A DNA stretch of 64,000 nt from an uncultured virus (IMG/VR IMGVR_UViG_3300036865_000084) (IMGVR_UViG_3300036865_000084), one strand, 5' to 3'. Shown: positions 22,237 to 33,503, counted from the stretch's first letter. The notes: generated from the sequence alone by a model not told the origin. Numbers and translations are program-made.

Positions 22237-23367
22237 ATGGCCTCTCAAGTGACCTTGATTTTTCGCGCCGAGCAGGTGGGCACCGAAGACGTGGCGACGC
22301 TCGCCGCCAAGATCGCCGCCGTGCCGGTGCCGCCGGACGTCGTCGCGGAGCTCGGCCTTCGCGTCACGAGCGACAACACGCCGGTGGCCGCGCCGGTCGT
22401 GCGCACGATCGTGCTTTCGTTCGTGCCGACGGCGCCCGCGACGGTGTCGGCGATCAGCCTGGTGCCGGGGGACCCGTCGGGCTCTCCCATCGAGGCGATC
22501 ACGCTCGCGGGCGCGGGCGTCGACTTCGTGCGGCCGCCGATTATCACGATCTCGCCGCCCGCGAACGACGTCGTGCCGCCGGCGCGAGCGCTCGCGAAGG
22601 CGTACCTCAAGGTCGTCGGCGGCACCATCGCGGCAGCCGGCAGCGGCTACACGGGGACGCCTCACGTCGGCTTCGTCGGCGGGCTTCCGCCAGCCGACGC
22701 GAACAAGCCGCCCTTCGCCGTCAACAGCGTCACGATCGCGAAGAAGGGCAAGAAATACTCCGTCAACGCCGTCGTGCAGTTCAATGGGAGCCTCGCTCCA
22801 GGCGGCCACCACGCGACGGCGACGCTGACGCTCGATGCGAAAGGAAGCGTCATCGCCGTCACCGTCACCGACCCCGGTAGCGGCTACCTCACGATCCCGA
22901 AGGCGTTCGTCTACGACGTGAGCTTCACCGGCGGCGAAGACCCCGACAACGCCGCCGTCCTGTCGGTGCAGCCCGGGAGCGGCACACCGGCGACGGCGCA
23001 CGCGATCGTCGCCGGCGGCGACTCGCACATCGTGGCGCTCGCGATGGATTCGTTCGGGAGCCACTACGTGAAGGCGCCCTCGGTCGTCATCACGGGCGGC
23101 GGCGGCTCCGGCGCTGTCGCCAAGGCCGCGATGGGCGTCGACTCGCCGCTCACGATCGTCTACGGCGGCAAGGGGTATCTCGCCTCGGCGCTCCCGACGG
23201 TGACGATCACGCCGTTCTTCCTGTCGCTCTTCCCCAACCTGACGCCCGCCGGCACCGATGCGGCGACACTGGCTTCGCAGGCGAAGCCGTTCTTCGACTT
23301 CATGACGACAGCGTTCGAGAGAGCTGCGCTCTCTGCGGTACGCGCCGATGCCCCGGTGGTGACGTGA
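22237..23367 (+). CDS. Beta-rich putative virion or spike protein
   Basis: Repeated GSGY..P.V...GG and A.A.A units, as seen in viral structural proteins. Confidence 0.55.
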   Translation: MASQVTLIFRAEQVGTEDVATLAAKIAAVPVPPDVVAELGLRVTSDNTPVAAPVVRTIVLSFVPTAPATVSAISLVPGDPSGSPIEAITLAGAGVDFVRPPIITISPPANDVVPPARALAKAYLKVVGGTIAAAGSGYTGTPHVGFVGGLPPADANKPPFAVNSVTIAKKGKKYSVNAVVQFNGSLAPGGHHATATLTLDAKGSVIAVTVTDPGSGYLTIPKAFVYDVSFTGGEDPDNAAVLSVQPGSGTPATAHAIVAGGDSHIVALAMDSFGSHYVKAPSVVITGGGGSGAVAKAAMGVDSPLTIVYGGKGYLASALPTVTITPFFLSLFPNLTPAGTDAATLASQAKPFFDFMTTAFERAALSAVRADAPVVT

Positions 23368-24770
23368 TGCCCCACGAAGATACCGCGAACTTCAACCTCG
23401 AAGACATCGACGACAACGACGAGGAGGTCGACGAGCGCGACGAGACGTCTACGCCCGAGGCTCCCGCCGCCGTCAAGCTGCCGAAGCATTCGCGCCGGCC
23501 GCGCAAGACGAACAACGGCGCTCACGCGGTCGGGATGGGCGCGCAGCCGCAGCCGGCGTGGAAGTACCAGGAAGCCGATCTCCTTTGGCCCGAGGTGCTC
23601 GAGAGTTTGCGGCGGAGCGGCTTGAGCCCGCACGATTTCGTCTGCCGCATCTCGAAGCTCCCCGAGAAGCAGCACCTCTACACGCTCGAGTGCGCTGATC
23701 TCACGGGGGAAGCCGAGGGCAAGGCGCCCGGCGACGCGCTCATCGATCGCGTCACCGACTACGTGCACCTGCGCTGGACGCAGTCGCCGCAGCGCTACGA
23801 CATCGCGTTCGTACAGAAGGTCGGCGCCAAGATCTACGCGCGCGGCATTCTGTCCCTGCCGAGCGGCGGCGAGATCATGGCCATCCGATCGGCGAAGGTG
23901 CAACTCGATCAGTCGAAGCCGCTCGGGATGGGGATGCCTCCGCCGGCGATGCCGCCGATGCACGTGCCGGCGCCGGTGCCTCCCCCTTCTTACACGCCGC
24001 CGTACGCCGGCGTCGGTGCTCCGCCGATGGCGTCAGCCTCGGACGAGGTCGCGTTCCTCCGCCGCCAGCTCGAGGCCAAGGAGCAGCAAGCCGAGGCGAT
24101 GCGCCAGGAAGTGCTCACGGCCGCGCGCGAGGGGCGGCAGCCGAACATCGCGGTGGCAGCGCAACCAGAGGACCGCATCGCGCGACTCGAGCGGCTCGTC
24201 GAGAGGCTCATCGAGACGCGTGCGGCGCCGGTCGGTGTCGGCGCTCCCCCTCCGCCGCCGGCAGCTCCGTCGGAGATGGCTGCGCAGACCGCTGACGGCG
24301 TCAACTCCTTCGAGGGGATGATCGGCAACTTCCGCCGCGTGAAGGCGGCGATGAAGCAAGCGCGCGAGCTCTTCGCTGAGTACGACGACGACGAAGAGGA
24401 AGAGGAGCCCGAGAAAAAGCCCGATCCGGTCGTCGCCGCGCCCGCGAAGCCCGAAGACACGCTCCCGTGGAACAACGCCGAGGTGCCTGGCGCGAAGTGG
24501 GGCAACGGGAGCTCCGTCCAATTCGCGCGGAACAAGGAGACCGGCGACATCGACTGGACCGGGCTCGCGATGAGCAATCCCCACATCGCCGAGAAGATCG
24601 TCGACATGGCGAACCGGCTCGGCGAGGGCATCCTCGGAGCGGCGCAGCGGTTCGCGCAGTCGAAGCTTCCGCCGGGTGTGGCGGGAGCGCCGGCGGCGAC
24701 CGAAGCGCTCCCTCAAGGTCAGACTGGCGGCGGCACTCCGTCCAGTGGAAGCGGCACACCCAACATCTAG
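23367..24770 (+). CDS. Pro-rich coiled-coil hypothetical protein
   Basis: TGATG coupling; several G-[VM]-G motifs. Confidence 0.65.
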   Translation: MPHEDTANFNLEDIDDNDEEVDERDETSTPEAPAAVKLPKHSRRPRKTNNGAHAVGMGAQPQPAWKYQEADLLWPEVLESLRRSGLSPHDFVCRISKLPEKQHLYTLECADLTGEAEGKAPGDALIDRVTDYVHLRWTQSPQRYDIAFVQKVGAKIYARGILSLPSGGEIMAIRSAKVQLDQSKPLGMGMPPPAMPPMHVPAPVPPPSYTPPYAGVGAPPMASASDEVAFLRRQLEAKEQQAEAMRQEVLTAAREGRQPNIAVAAQPEDRIARLERLVERLIETRAAPVGVGAPPPPPAAPSEMAAQTADGVNSFEGMIGNFRRVKAAMKQARELFAEYDDDEEEEEPEKKPDPVVAAPAKPEDTLPWNNAEVPGAKWGNGSSVQFARNKETGDIDWTGLAMSNPHIAEKIVDMANRLGEGILGAAQRFAQSKLPPGVAGAPAATEALPQGQTGGGTPSSGSGTPNI

Positions 24771-24783
24771 AAGGAGAGTGGTC

Positions 24784-25208
24784 ATGGATCTGAACGACTT
24801 CCGGAAGAAGCTGAAGAGCGGCGGCTACAAGGGCAAGGCAGGCGCGATGCGCGCCGCGGGCAAGGTCGACGGCGGCGAGAAGGCCGTCAAGAGCGCGAAG
24901 CTCAGCGTCGCGAAGAAGTACGGCGGATGAAAGCGCCGTTCGACATCGAAGCTGCGGGAAAACTTCTCTCGCACGCCGTCACGGACTTCAAGTGGACCAT
25001 CGTTCTCATGTGGGCCGCCAAAGCGCTCCTCGCGAGTCGTTCGCGTCTGCCCCCTGCGAAGCTTGCCGCGACAGCGAAGGCGTACGCCGACGCGCTGTCG
25101 GGCGTCATCGAAGAGCACGAAGCGCCCAACCGAGAGCTCTTCCTGAACAACGTCGAGAAGCTTGCGGCCAGCTACGAGAAGCCGGCCGTCGATTCGCCTC
25201 CGTCATGA
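24784..25208 (+). other. Two small genes (24784-24930 basic; 24927-25208)
   Basis: AAGGAG RBS and ATGA overlap. Confidence 0.55.
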
Positions 25209-25576
25209 ACATCCTCGAGCGCGTCGCGAAACTCGTCGCGCTCGCGGGAAGCTCGAACGAGAACGAGGCGAGGAACGCCGCTCACGAGGCGTGTCGACTG
25301 ATCCGGGAGCATCGACTTCTCATCGTGCCGACGCAGGCGGTTGCAGCACCCCCCAAGCCGCCGCCGAAGCCGACCGTCGTTGCCAAGAGGGTCGTCCTCA
25401 ACTTCATCAACATCGCGAAGGAGGCCAACGCCCGCCGCATCATCGAGGAGCGGCGGCCTGACCTCCGGCGCCTCACGCAGAACTACTCGTCTCAGGCGAC
25501 CTTGAAGCTCGCTGAGATCGCTGCCGCGATGGGCCTCACGGAGGAGGCGGCGGTGCTGCGGGCGGCGGCGTCGTAG
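25205..25576 (+). CDS. DUF2786-like protein
   Basis: ILERVAKLVALAGSSNENEARNAAHEACRLIREH. Confidence 0.7.
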   Translation: MNILERVAKLVALAGSSNENEARNAAHEACRLIREHRLLIVPTQAVAAPPKPPPKPTVVAKRVVLNFINIAKEANARRIIEERRPDLRRLTQNYSSQATLKLAEIAAAMGLTEEAAVLRAAAS

Positions 25577-25778
25577 TCCCCGCGCGGATCTGCGCGGCCT
25601 TCACCGTGGAGTCGGCGTGCGTCTCGATGGCCGAGCTCCCGCGAAGCACGGCGAGCACGCCGCCCATGAAGAGCGCGGCCTGCGCCGTCGTGAGCTGGTG
25701 GGTCACGAGGAGGTAGACCGTCAAGCCGAAGGCGGCGACGGTGATCCAGAAGTCCTTGCTCTGCACGAATGAGGGCAT
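25536..25778 (-). CDS. Small two-TM membrane protein (holin-like)
   Basis: SKDFWITV plus two hydrophobic helices; TACGCT 7 nt before ATG. Confidence 0.55.
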   Translation of the reverse strand: MPSFVQSKDFWITVAAFGLTVYLLVTHQLTTAQAALFMGGVLAVLRGSSAIETHADSTVKAAQIRAGTTTPPPAAPPPPP

Positions 25779-25824
25779 GAGCGGCAGCGTAGCGCCGGCG
25801 CAAGCCCGCGGCTAGCATCGATGC

Positions 25825-28800
25825 GTGGGCTGGACCGAACTCCCCGCTGGCCACGACATCGTCCTGAAGGCCGGCTACAGCTACAGCGCCATCGCACGCG
25901 TGAAGAAGAGCCACACGCGCGAGACTGTACTAGGGCTTCTCGCGTCGCGCGGGTTGAAGATCCTCACCTTCGACGATCCGCTCACGGGGCCGCAGTGTCC
26001 GAACACGAGCGACAACTATCGCTGCGTCGGCGCCACCGTGATGGCGACGCGTGACGCGGGGAGCATCCCTTGGAGTTCGCCCGTCCCCATCTTCGATGAG
26101 ACCGGGCTCGTGAAAGCTTGGTATGCGGGGCCGGGGCAGCTCCCTCAAGGGGCGCCGTCCTCTTCTGGGAGCGGCGCAACGACGGCGCTCGTTGTCGGTG
26201 GTGTCGCTGCGGGGCTCGCCGGCATCTGGTGGTGGCTCAAGAAGCATCGTAAGCTGCGAGCATGAAGCGCCGGCGCCGAGCCAAGTCGAACCCCACGGAC
26301 AAGCAGCTCCTCACGACCGGCGCCGGCGTCGTCATCGGCGCGACGCTCGGGGCGCTTCTGTCGCTCCCTCTGGCGAGCGCGGTCGGCGCGGTGGTGGGCG
26401 GCTTCGTCGGGTATGGAGCAGGGCGGTGAAGCGCTGGCAGTGGCTCGCTCTCCTCGGCGGCGGCGCTCTCGCCGTCGGTGGCGCGATGCTCATCGCGGGC
26501 GGAGCGTCCGCGCAACCGTTGCCGCCGCCCCCGCCCGATCCGCCGGCGCCGCCCGATTCGGGACCGGGCCAGGGGAGCTCCGACTACGTGTCCCAGCTCA
26601 AAGCATGGCGCGACGCACTCATCCCCGCCGCGAACCGGTACCGTGGCTTCTTCTACACGTGGCGCGAGCTCCTGAGCAGCGAGTACCACTGCCCAGGGCC
26701 ATACGACACCGCGACGAAGGTGGTCGAGTATATCGCTTCGCTCGACGAGGACATGAAGCTCAACCCGCCGAACGATCAGTCGCTCTACGCGACGGCGCAG
26801 ACGATCAAGCGCTTGATGGTGTCGCTCTACCAGGCGTCGATCGCGAAGGTGTGGCGCGTCGGCTCGGGATGCGCGTGGGGGCCGTGATGACCGACGTCGT
26901 CAGCCGCGTGCTCTTGCGTCTCGAGTACACGCCGAGCTTGGTCGGGGCGCCTCGATGCCCGATCTGCGAAGGAGCGAAGCCGCAACACGAGCCGATGTGT
27001 GAGCTCGACGAGTCGCTCAGCACGCGCGGCTTTGGCACCGCGCACGATCGCGATGCTGCGCGCACCCGCCTCAAGTTCACGACGGCGTCGACGCTGCCGC
27101 CGCGGGAAGATCTCGACGAGCTCGAAGACACGAAGTGACTCAAAAAAGAGTCTTCGACGTGTCAAGCCGGAAAACGTAGTCTGACGGCATGGCTATGACG
27201 TCGGGACAGAAGCGCGCGTTGATGGTCGGAGGACTCGCGGGCGTAGGAGTTCTCTTGTTCGCCGGCATCGCGCTCGCGTCGAACAAGTCTAGCGGCAACA
27301 ACCCTCCGCCGCCGCCGCCTAAGAACGGCGGCGATCAAGGGTGTTTCACGCCGCGCACGAACTGTTCTGACTGCGATCCGGCAGAAGTCGATTACGTCGT
27401 GCAGCACTCAGACGACCCGAGCGTATCTCCCGGCAGCTACGGTCCCGTTCTCATCCCGGCGTCGGGGAGGTACATCTACTGGACCAAGGTGTCGGCACAC
27501 GTCGGTCACATCACCAAAATCTGCAAGACGGCTGGGTGATTGCGATGAAGCACAAGCCCAAAGGAGACGCTCTCGCCTGGACGATCGGTCTCGTCGGCAT
27601 CGCGGCGGCGACCCTCGGCGGCGTGATGCTGCTCTCGTCGAAGCAGGCATCGGCCTCGCCGTCTCCGCCGCCTCCAGGGCCAGGGCCGCGCCCGTCGCCG
27701 CAGCCGAACCCCGGCGGCGGCTACACCTGTCCCGACGGCACCGTCGTCGCGGACCCCACGCAGTGCACCTACCCGACGGACGGATGACATGAGCCCGCAG
27801 ACCGAACGACTCGCGTGGGTGCTCGGGCTCGTCGGCGTCGCTGCGGCTGCCGTCGGCGTCACGGTCGCCATCACCTCGAAGGCGTCGACGTCACCCAATC
27901 CGCCGGCGCCGCCGAATCCGCCCGGCCCTCCCGTGCCGCACGGCAAATGGGTCGCCGCCGACGCCATCGCGCCCGCAGGCCACTACCGGATCAGCGTCGC
28001 GAACGCGCTATCGGCGCAAGTCGCTGCCTTGCTGACGGCTGTCATGTCGACGACCGGCGCGAACTCGAGCGTGTGGCCGCCCGGCAAGGCGCCGCCGGCC
28101 GACTGGCCGAGCGACGACACGGCAAACGATCGCTGGCGCGCCGACTTCGTGAACACGACGGGGCTCGCGGTGCCGCTGCCGTCGAGTCAGGCCGGCGACA
28201 TCAAGCTGTGGGTCTGGATGCTGGGAGCGTGACGAGATGGACAAGCGAATTGGATGGGCGCTCGGTCTCGGCGCGCTCGCTGCGGGCGCGTTCGGACTCA
28301 TGGCGTGGACGGCGAAGAACGCGCAGGCGAAGACCGGCGGCTTCAATCAGCTTCCGGTGAAGCCCGGCAACCAGACGGCTGCCTTGAACAAAGGCGGCAC
28401 CATCGACATCATCGTGCCGGTGGGCTCGACGCCGATCGGCGCCGAAGCCTCGCCGAACGTCTTCTCGCCGGAGCCGTCGCCGGCGCCGCTCACGTTCCGG
28501 TTCTCGGCGTTCGCGGCGGGACAGGGCGCGATCAACGTCGCGTGGCAGGACGCTAGCGGGGCGAGGCAGGACGCCTTCGTCACCGTAAACGTCTCGTAGG
28601 TCCCAATGCCTGCCAAGTTCGACCGCTGCGTGCGCAAGGTGAAGCGCCGGATCAAGATGGGCGGGCTGCCCGCCGACTCGAGCCCCTACGCCATCTGCAA
28701 GGCCGCCATCAAGCGTTCCTCGCGCCGCATCCGCTACTACGCGCACGAGCTCAATCCCATCCCGATGGGGCACGGCGCCGAGCACGCGGTCCATTGGAAG

Positions 28801-31185
28801 CCGCTTCTTTTGATCCTCGGTGCGGCTGTCGGGGTCGGAGCGCTCATCGCGTTGACGAGCAAGCCCACGCAAGCCGCGCAGTCTCCGAAGCAGCAAGGCG
28901 GTCCCGCGCTGCCGCCGAACCTTCCGCCGCCGCCCGGAGAGTCCTATGCAGGCTGATATCTACGTCTTCTACAGCGGCCAGTACGTCTACCTGGGAAGAT
29001 TCCCCGTCGCGCAGGTCGGCGCGATCATCGGCGCCATCGGCACCGCCGGGAGTCTCCTTCCGCCGTGGGTGCCGCCGGGCAGCTACATGCTCGTGAGGCC
29101 GGCGTGAACCGGCTCGTTTGGGTTGGCGGTCTAGGCGCCGCCGCGATCCTCGCGGCCGTCGCCGCCCTATCGATGGCGAAGCCTGCGGCCGCCGCGACTC
29201 CGCCGCCCAACGCGACGACGCTCGTCCAGGGGCACCGCTACAAGATCACGTTTCCGACCCCCGCGACGACCGCGCCGAGCGTCGCCGAGGTGCAAGCGGT
29301 CTACGACAAGATCGTGCCCGGCATGATCCACATCGTCGACGTCGGCTTCGTCAAGCCCGGCACCGGCTACACCACCTTCGACTGGAAGGGCGCGACGATG
29401 CCGGTCCTGCAAGCGTTCGACAAGATCGAGCCGGGGTCTACGATCGTCGACCTGGGAGCGTCGCCATGAAGGCATCGACCGAGAGACTGCTATGGATCGG
29501 AGGGCTCGGCGCGCTCGTCGTGGGCGGCCTTGCCGCGGTGGCGTTCTCGGGCAAGTCGACGCCGCAAGGTGGCGGCCAGGGGGGCGTGAATCCGTTCCCG
29601 CCGTTTCCGTTCCCTCCCGGACCCCTCCCCGGCGGTCAGGGCGGCGGCGGCGTCCACGCGTGCGACAACAACTTCGTCGCGTCGATCGACGGCCCCTACG
29701 TCGCGGTCGTGTGCCTCGGCGGAGAGCTCACGCTTCGGGCGTCTCTTCTCTGGGTCATGACGACGGCGCCCGACCCGGGCGTCTTGCGCGTCGAGTCGCA
29801 TCCCGCGTCGGGCTACTTCCTCCGCGCGGTCGGCCGAGGCAAGACGACGATCGTGCTCGCCAACGAGCGTGACGCGGTCGCGCGAAGCTACGAGGTGATC
29901 GTCCCGTGAAGACCGATCGCCTCCTCTGGATCGGCGGCTTGGGAGCGCTCGTGGTAGGCGGGATCGCCGCCATCGCGCTCTCGGGCAAATCGTCCGGTCA
30001 GGCGCCGCTCGAGCCGAGAAAGAGACCTCTCCCTATTCCGCAGGGTCCGCCGCCTCCGCCCGTCGACATCAACAGCGTCAGCGGCACGAGCATCAACCTT
30101 GTCGTCGGGCAGCATCTCCTTACGGCGGTCAAGATCCCGGGCATCACCGTGAGCGACAATTCGAACCCGAATGTGCTCTCGAAGATCGCCGACAACGACT
30201 ACGTCGCCCAAACGCCTGGGACGAGCACGCTCACGTTCTCGAGCGCCTTCGGAGAGAAGTTTCCGTACGCGATCACGGTGAAGTGATGTCGGCGAAGACC
30301 GACAAGGCGCAGTCTGATCCGTGGAGCGTTCTCTACGACGACATCGCGAGCTTCACGAGCGGTAACGTTCCGTCGCGTGAAGACGTAGAGGCCACCGTCG
30401 TCGCTGTTGCGGTGCTCGCTGAGGCGGCTCCCGCCGTTGTTGCGGCTCTCATTCTCGTCATCGCGCTGATCGACGCGTACGCATGGCTCGCGAGCAAGCT
30501 TGGTGCAGAAGATTACTGCCAGCACCCACCGATCGACACGAACGACGTTCGATGGCTCCACTTCGGCGACGATTCGGCCGTGTCGTGGCCCGAGGGCACC
30601 ATCTCTTCGGGCCCGTGGAGTAACTTCAAGCCAGGAAGCTTCGAGGCGTGGGCCTTTCCTGTGCTCGCGCTCAATTGGGAGTATCGACTCAACTGTCGCG
30701 CGTTCATCGACTACCGAGAGCTTCTCTCGCGACTCGTCGACGCGTGGAACAAGACCCATCTCGTTCGCGGCGACGAGGCGGCTGTAAACACGGCCGTCTA
30801 TCAGCTTCCGGTAGTCCAGGCGCCGGGCGGTCCGCCCGTCATCTACCGGGCGCAGTGGCCGATGACCGTGAAGATCGTGAGCGGCGCTCCCCCCTCGCTG
30901 CCGCCGTGGCAGCACGTCTCTGGCACGTTTGGCGACTTTACGTTCATCTCGACCGATGACCATACTATCGTCGTGAACCGAGGACCCGCTTCTCCGCATC
31001 TGCACCTTCCACCCGGACCTCTTCAGGGCGCGTCCACCGGCACCAAGGTCGCCGCCGGAGCTGCGGCAGTGGGCGGCGCCGCCGTTGTGGGCACGCTCGT
31101 CTACGCGTGGGCGACCGGGAAGACGATCGACGCGGTGCTGTCGCGTTTCTGGGGGGCGGTCAAGCGTGCCGCGCACGCCAAATGA
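25825..31185 (+). other. Cluster of about 14 small genes, mostly single-TM Pro-rich membrane proteins (25825-26265, 26262-26429, 26426-26887, 26887-27138, 27189-27539, 27536-27787, 27789-28232, 28237-28599, 28606-28956, 28946-29107, 29104-29469, 29466-29909, 29906-30286, 30286-31185)
   Basis: Shared R-L-x-W-x-x-G-L-[GV] anchor in several, followed by poly-Pro linkers; tight translational coupling. Confidence 0.7.
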
Positions 31186-32618
31186 GTGACTTCGCGCCCG
31201 GTGTCGCCGCCGCCCAAGCTGCGGGCGTGAAGGTCTCGCAGGCGCCCTATCCGACGGGCCCCGAAGGCGCTCGCGTGAGCCTCGAAACGATCGCGAAACG
31301 TATCCGCGAGGGACAGAGCGATCCACGCATCGTGGAGCTCGCCGGCAAGATCCTCATCGAGGCAGGCTTCAACGGCCGCGGGATGGGCGCTGGCTCCAAC
31401 AGCGAGCGCGTTGGCGCGCTGCTCGGCTGGGTGCGTGGGTGGCTTCTCTACGTGCCCGACGCGCCAGGCACCGAACGGATCGCGTCGGCCGCGGCGCTCG
31501 CGTGCGTCTCGAAGGATCTCTGCATCCGCATCGGCGACTGCGACGATCAGCTCGTGCTTCTCGGATCTCTTGTCGGCGCGATCGGGATTCACGTACGCAT
31601 CGTCAAGCAGAACTTCGGCCCTGATGTGCAAGAGCACGTACTACTCGAAGCCTCGGACGAGAGCGGAGCGTGGTTCTACGCCGACCCGTCGACGAATCAG
31701 CCCATCGGCGGCGCCCCTCGAGCCCTCTCCGAGGTTAGAGTAGATCCCATGGACCCGAACGTTAGCGACGTCGGCGCAGGCGCCGTGATCGTCACGATGG
31801 GAAGGCCCCACGGCGGCGGTTTTCACAGCCGCCCGCTCCGCCATCACTTCCACGAAGGCCGGTGGTGGGCGCACTGGCCGGAGCACGGCTGGCTCGTCGT
31901 CGAAGGCGAGACGTGCGGCAAGTGGAGTGACCCGATCGCCGCCAGCGCCGACGTCTACGCCGAAGGGTTGCGGCAGCTCCAGGCGTCGAACGGCACGCCC
32001 GTCAGCGAGGAGTACGGCGGGCGGCTGTATCTTTTCACCGTCGAGAACGACCACGTCGCCGTCAGGACGTGCGTCAGCGCCGTCGGGGTTGGCGCGCCCG
32101 TCAGCGTCGGCGTCGGCTTCTGCGACTACGACCTGATCAAGTCGGTGCGCGCGCGTCTTGTTGCGCCTTGGTACGCGCTCAACGGCGACGTCGACGCGTG
32201 CAAGGCGTTCCCGATCGATCAAAAGTACGCGTTCAAGGGTGACTTCGAGAGCTTCAAGAACTGGTACTCGGGCGCCTTGCCGGACGACTGGTTCTGCTCG
32301 AACGCCGAGCGCGACGAGATCGAGCAGGGTCGCGACTTCGAGGCGCGCCTCAACAACTGGCGACGCATCCTCGCGGCGACCAACTGCGCTTTGAGCGCGC
32401 CCGATCTGCCGCCGCTCACGCAAGATGATCCCCGAAGCCGCGACTACAAGCCGCCGGAGGGAAACAACACGCTCGATCAGGTGAAGTCGCTCCTCATTAC
32501 GGTCGGCATCGTTGGCGGTGTGGCGGCTGGCGTCTACCTGGCCTTCCCGGTTCTACGCGCGGGCGCCGAGGCGGGAGCGGCGGCGCTCAAGGGGCGCAGA
32601 CGCTCGAAAGTGAAGTAG
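31182..32618 (+). CDS. Transglutaminase-like (Cys-His-Asp) protein with C-terminal TM; putative virion protease
   Basis: GDCDD...EHV...WFYADPS catalytic-triad pattern. Confidence 0.75.
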   Translation: MSDFAPGVAAAQAAGVKVSQAPYPTGPEGARVSLETIAKRIREGQSDPRIVELAGKILIEAGFNGRGMGAGSNSERVGALLGWVRGWLLYVPDAPGTERIASAAALACVSKDLCIRIGDCDDQLVLLGSLVGAIGIHVRIVKQNFGPDVQEHVLLEASDESGAWFYADPSTNQPIGGAPRALSEVRVDPMDPNVSDVGAGAVIVTMGRPHGGGFHSRPLRHHFHEGRWWAHWPEHGWLVVEGETCGKWSDPIAASADVYAEGLRQLQASNGTPVSEEYGGRLYLFTVENDHVAVRTCVSAVGVGAPVSVGVGFCDYDLIKSVRARLVAPWYALNGDVDACKAFPIDQKYAFKGDFESFKNWYSGALPDDWFCSNAERDEIEQGRDFEARLNNWRRILAATNCALSAPDLPPLTQDDPRSRDYKPPEGNNTLDQVKSLLITVGIVGGVAAGVYLAFPVLRAGAEAGAAALKGRRRSKVK

Positions 32619-32630
32619 AAGAAAAGATCA

Positions 32631-32745
32631 TTGCGTTGATATGCGTTACCGCGCGACACGGCGCTGTGCTTAGCTCTGCGACACGTTGCTGGGCGACGCG
32701 TCGCCTTACGTCTCGTGGCATTGCTGAACTACGCACGACTACGCG
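32631..32745 (-). ncRNA. 5-nt-periodic NGY-NN array 2 (23 units); candidate gapped guide RNA
   Basis: Plus strand reads tt-gcg tt-gat at-gcg tt-acc gc-gcg ac-acg gc-gct gt-gct ta-gct ct-gcg ...; 21 of 23 units fit NN-RC-N. Confidence 0.75.
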
Positions 32746-33389
32746 GCGTTGTGAATCTTGCTTCGACCGTCTCTGACGTCCCAGCCGACGACGTCGAACA
32801 CGCCGAAGACGCCGAACTTCTCCGGACGCCAGCTCCCCACGCCGATCTGTTGACCGCCCTCGGTGAAGAGCTGCCGAACGACGCTCTCGGCCATCAAGTC
32901 GGTGTTGATGCGGACGAGCAGCCGGAAGCTCCACTCGTCGAGTCGCGGGCGGTGGCTCATCACGCGACCCTTCGTGAACGGGTTCACCGCCGAGCAAGAG
33001 TGAACCTCAAACGTTGTCAGGCGCGTCTTCCGATCCTTCGCGAAGAGCGGCACGGGTCCGGCCTTCTCGTCGCCGCCGAGCACGAGTACCGCCGCCGGCA
33101 CGCGGTACTTGAGGGTCTTGCGGGTGCCGCGCTCCTTGTGGTTTGAGCCCGCGTTGACGAGCATCCGTTGGAACATCTCGCGCGGCAGGACGAGTGGTGA
33201 TCCCGGGCCGCTCTCGCGGTACGCGAAGTCTTCCGCGATCTCGCGAGGGAGCGGCTTCTCCCCAGCTGTCGTCGTGGCTCGCGTGCCCTTGCCGCTGCCG
33301 CCTGGTAGGTTTGCTTCGGCCTTCTCGGTGAACCTGTGCATGAGGAGCGGCATCACGCCGGCCCCCCAGACTTCGACGTACGAGTACAT
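32739..33389 (-). CDS. Stand-alone RAMP/Cas7-like protein (Vipr-like candidate)
   Basis: N-terminal strand VEVWG..VMPLLMH; LVLPREMFQRMLVNAG; RPRLDEWSF; Gly-rich loop IGVGSWRPEKFGVFGVFDV. GAGGTG RBS precedes the ATG at 33389. Confidence 0.7.
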   Translation of the reverse strand: MYSYVEVWGAGVMPLLMHRFTEKAEANLPGGSGKGTRATTTAGEKPLPREIAEDFAYRESGPGSPLVLPREMFQRMLVNAGSNHKERGTRKTLKYRVPAAVLVLGGDEKAGPVPLFAKDRKTRLTTFEVHSCSAVNPFTKGRVMSHRPRLDEWSFRLLVRINTDLMAESVVRQLFTEGGQQIGVGSWRPEKFGVFGVFDVVGWDVRDGRSKIHNAA

Positions 33390-33408
33390 GACGTCACCTC
33401 TTGGATAG

Positions 33409-33503
33409 AGACGTTGCTTTGCTAGGCGCTGCCGCGCCATACGGTACGTGGCTACGCTGCGCTAAGCAGTGCATCGCGCAGCATGGCGATGCACAGCCAC
33501 GCT
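33409..33503 (-). ncRNA. 5-nt-periodic NGY-NN array 1 (19 units); candidate gapped guide RNA
   Basis: Plus strand reads ag-acg tt-gct tt-gct ag-gcg ct-gcc gc-gcc at-acg gt-acg tg-gct ...; 19 of 19 units fit NN-RC-N. Confidence 0.8.

Noticed and set aside
33390..33440. ORF-track N-terminal extension of the RAMP-like gene
   Set aside because: It runs into the pentamer array; the GAGGTG RBS supports the ATG at 33389.
32631..33503. Canonical CRISPR array or simple microsatellite
   Set aside because: No 25-40 bp direct repeats with spacers; units are not identical and only 2 of 5 positions are fixed.
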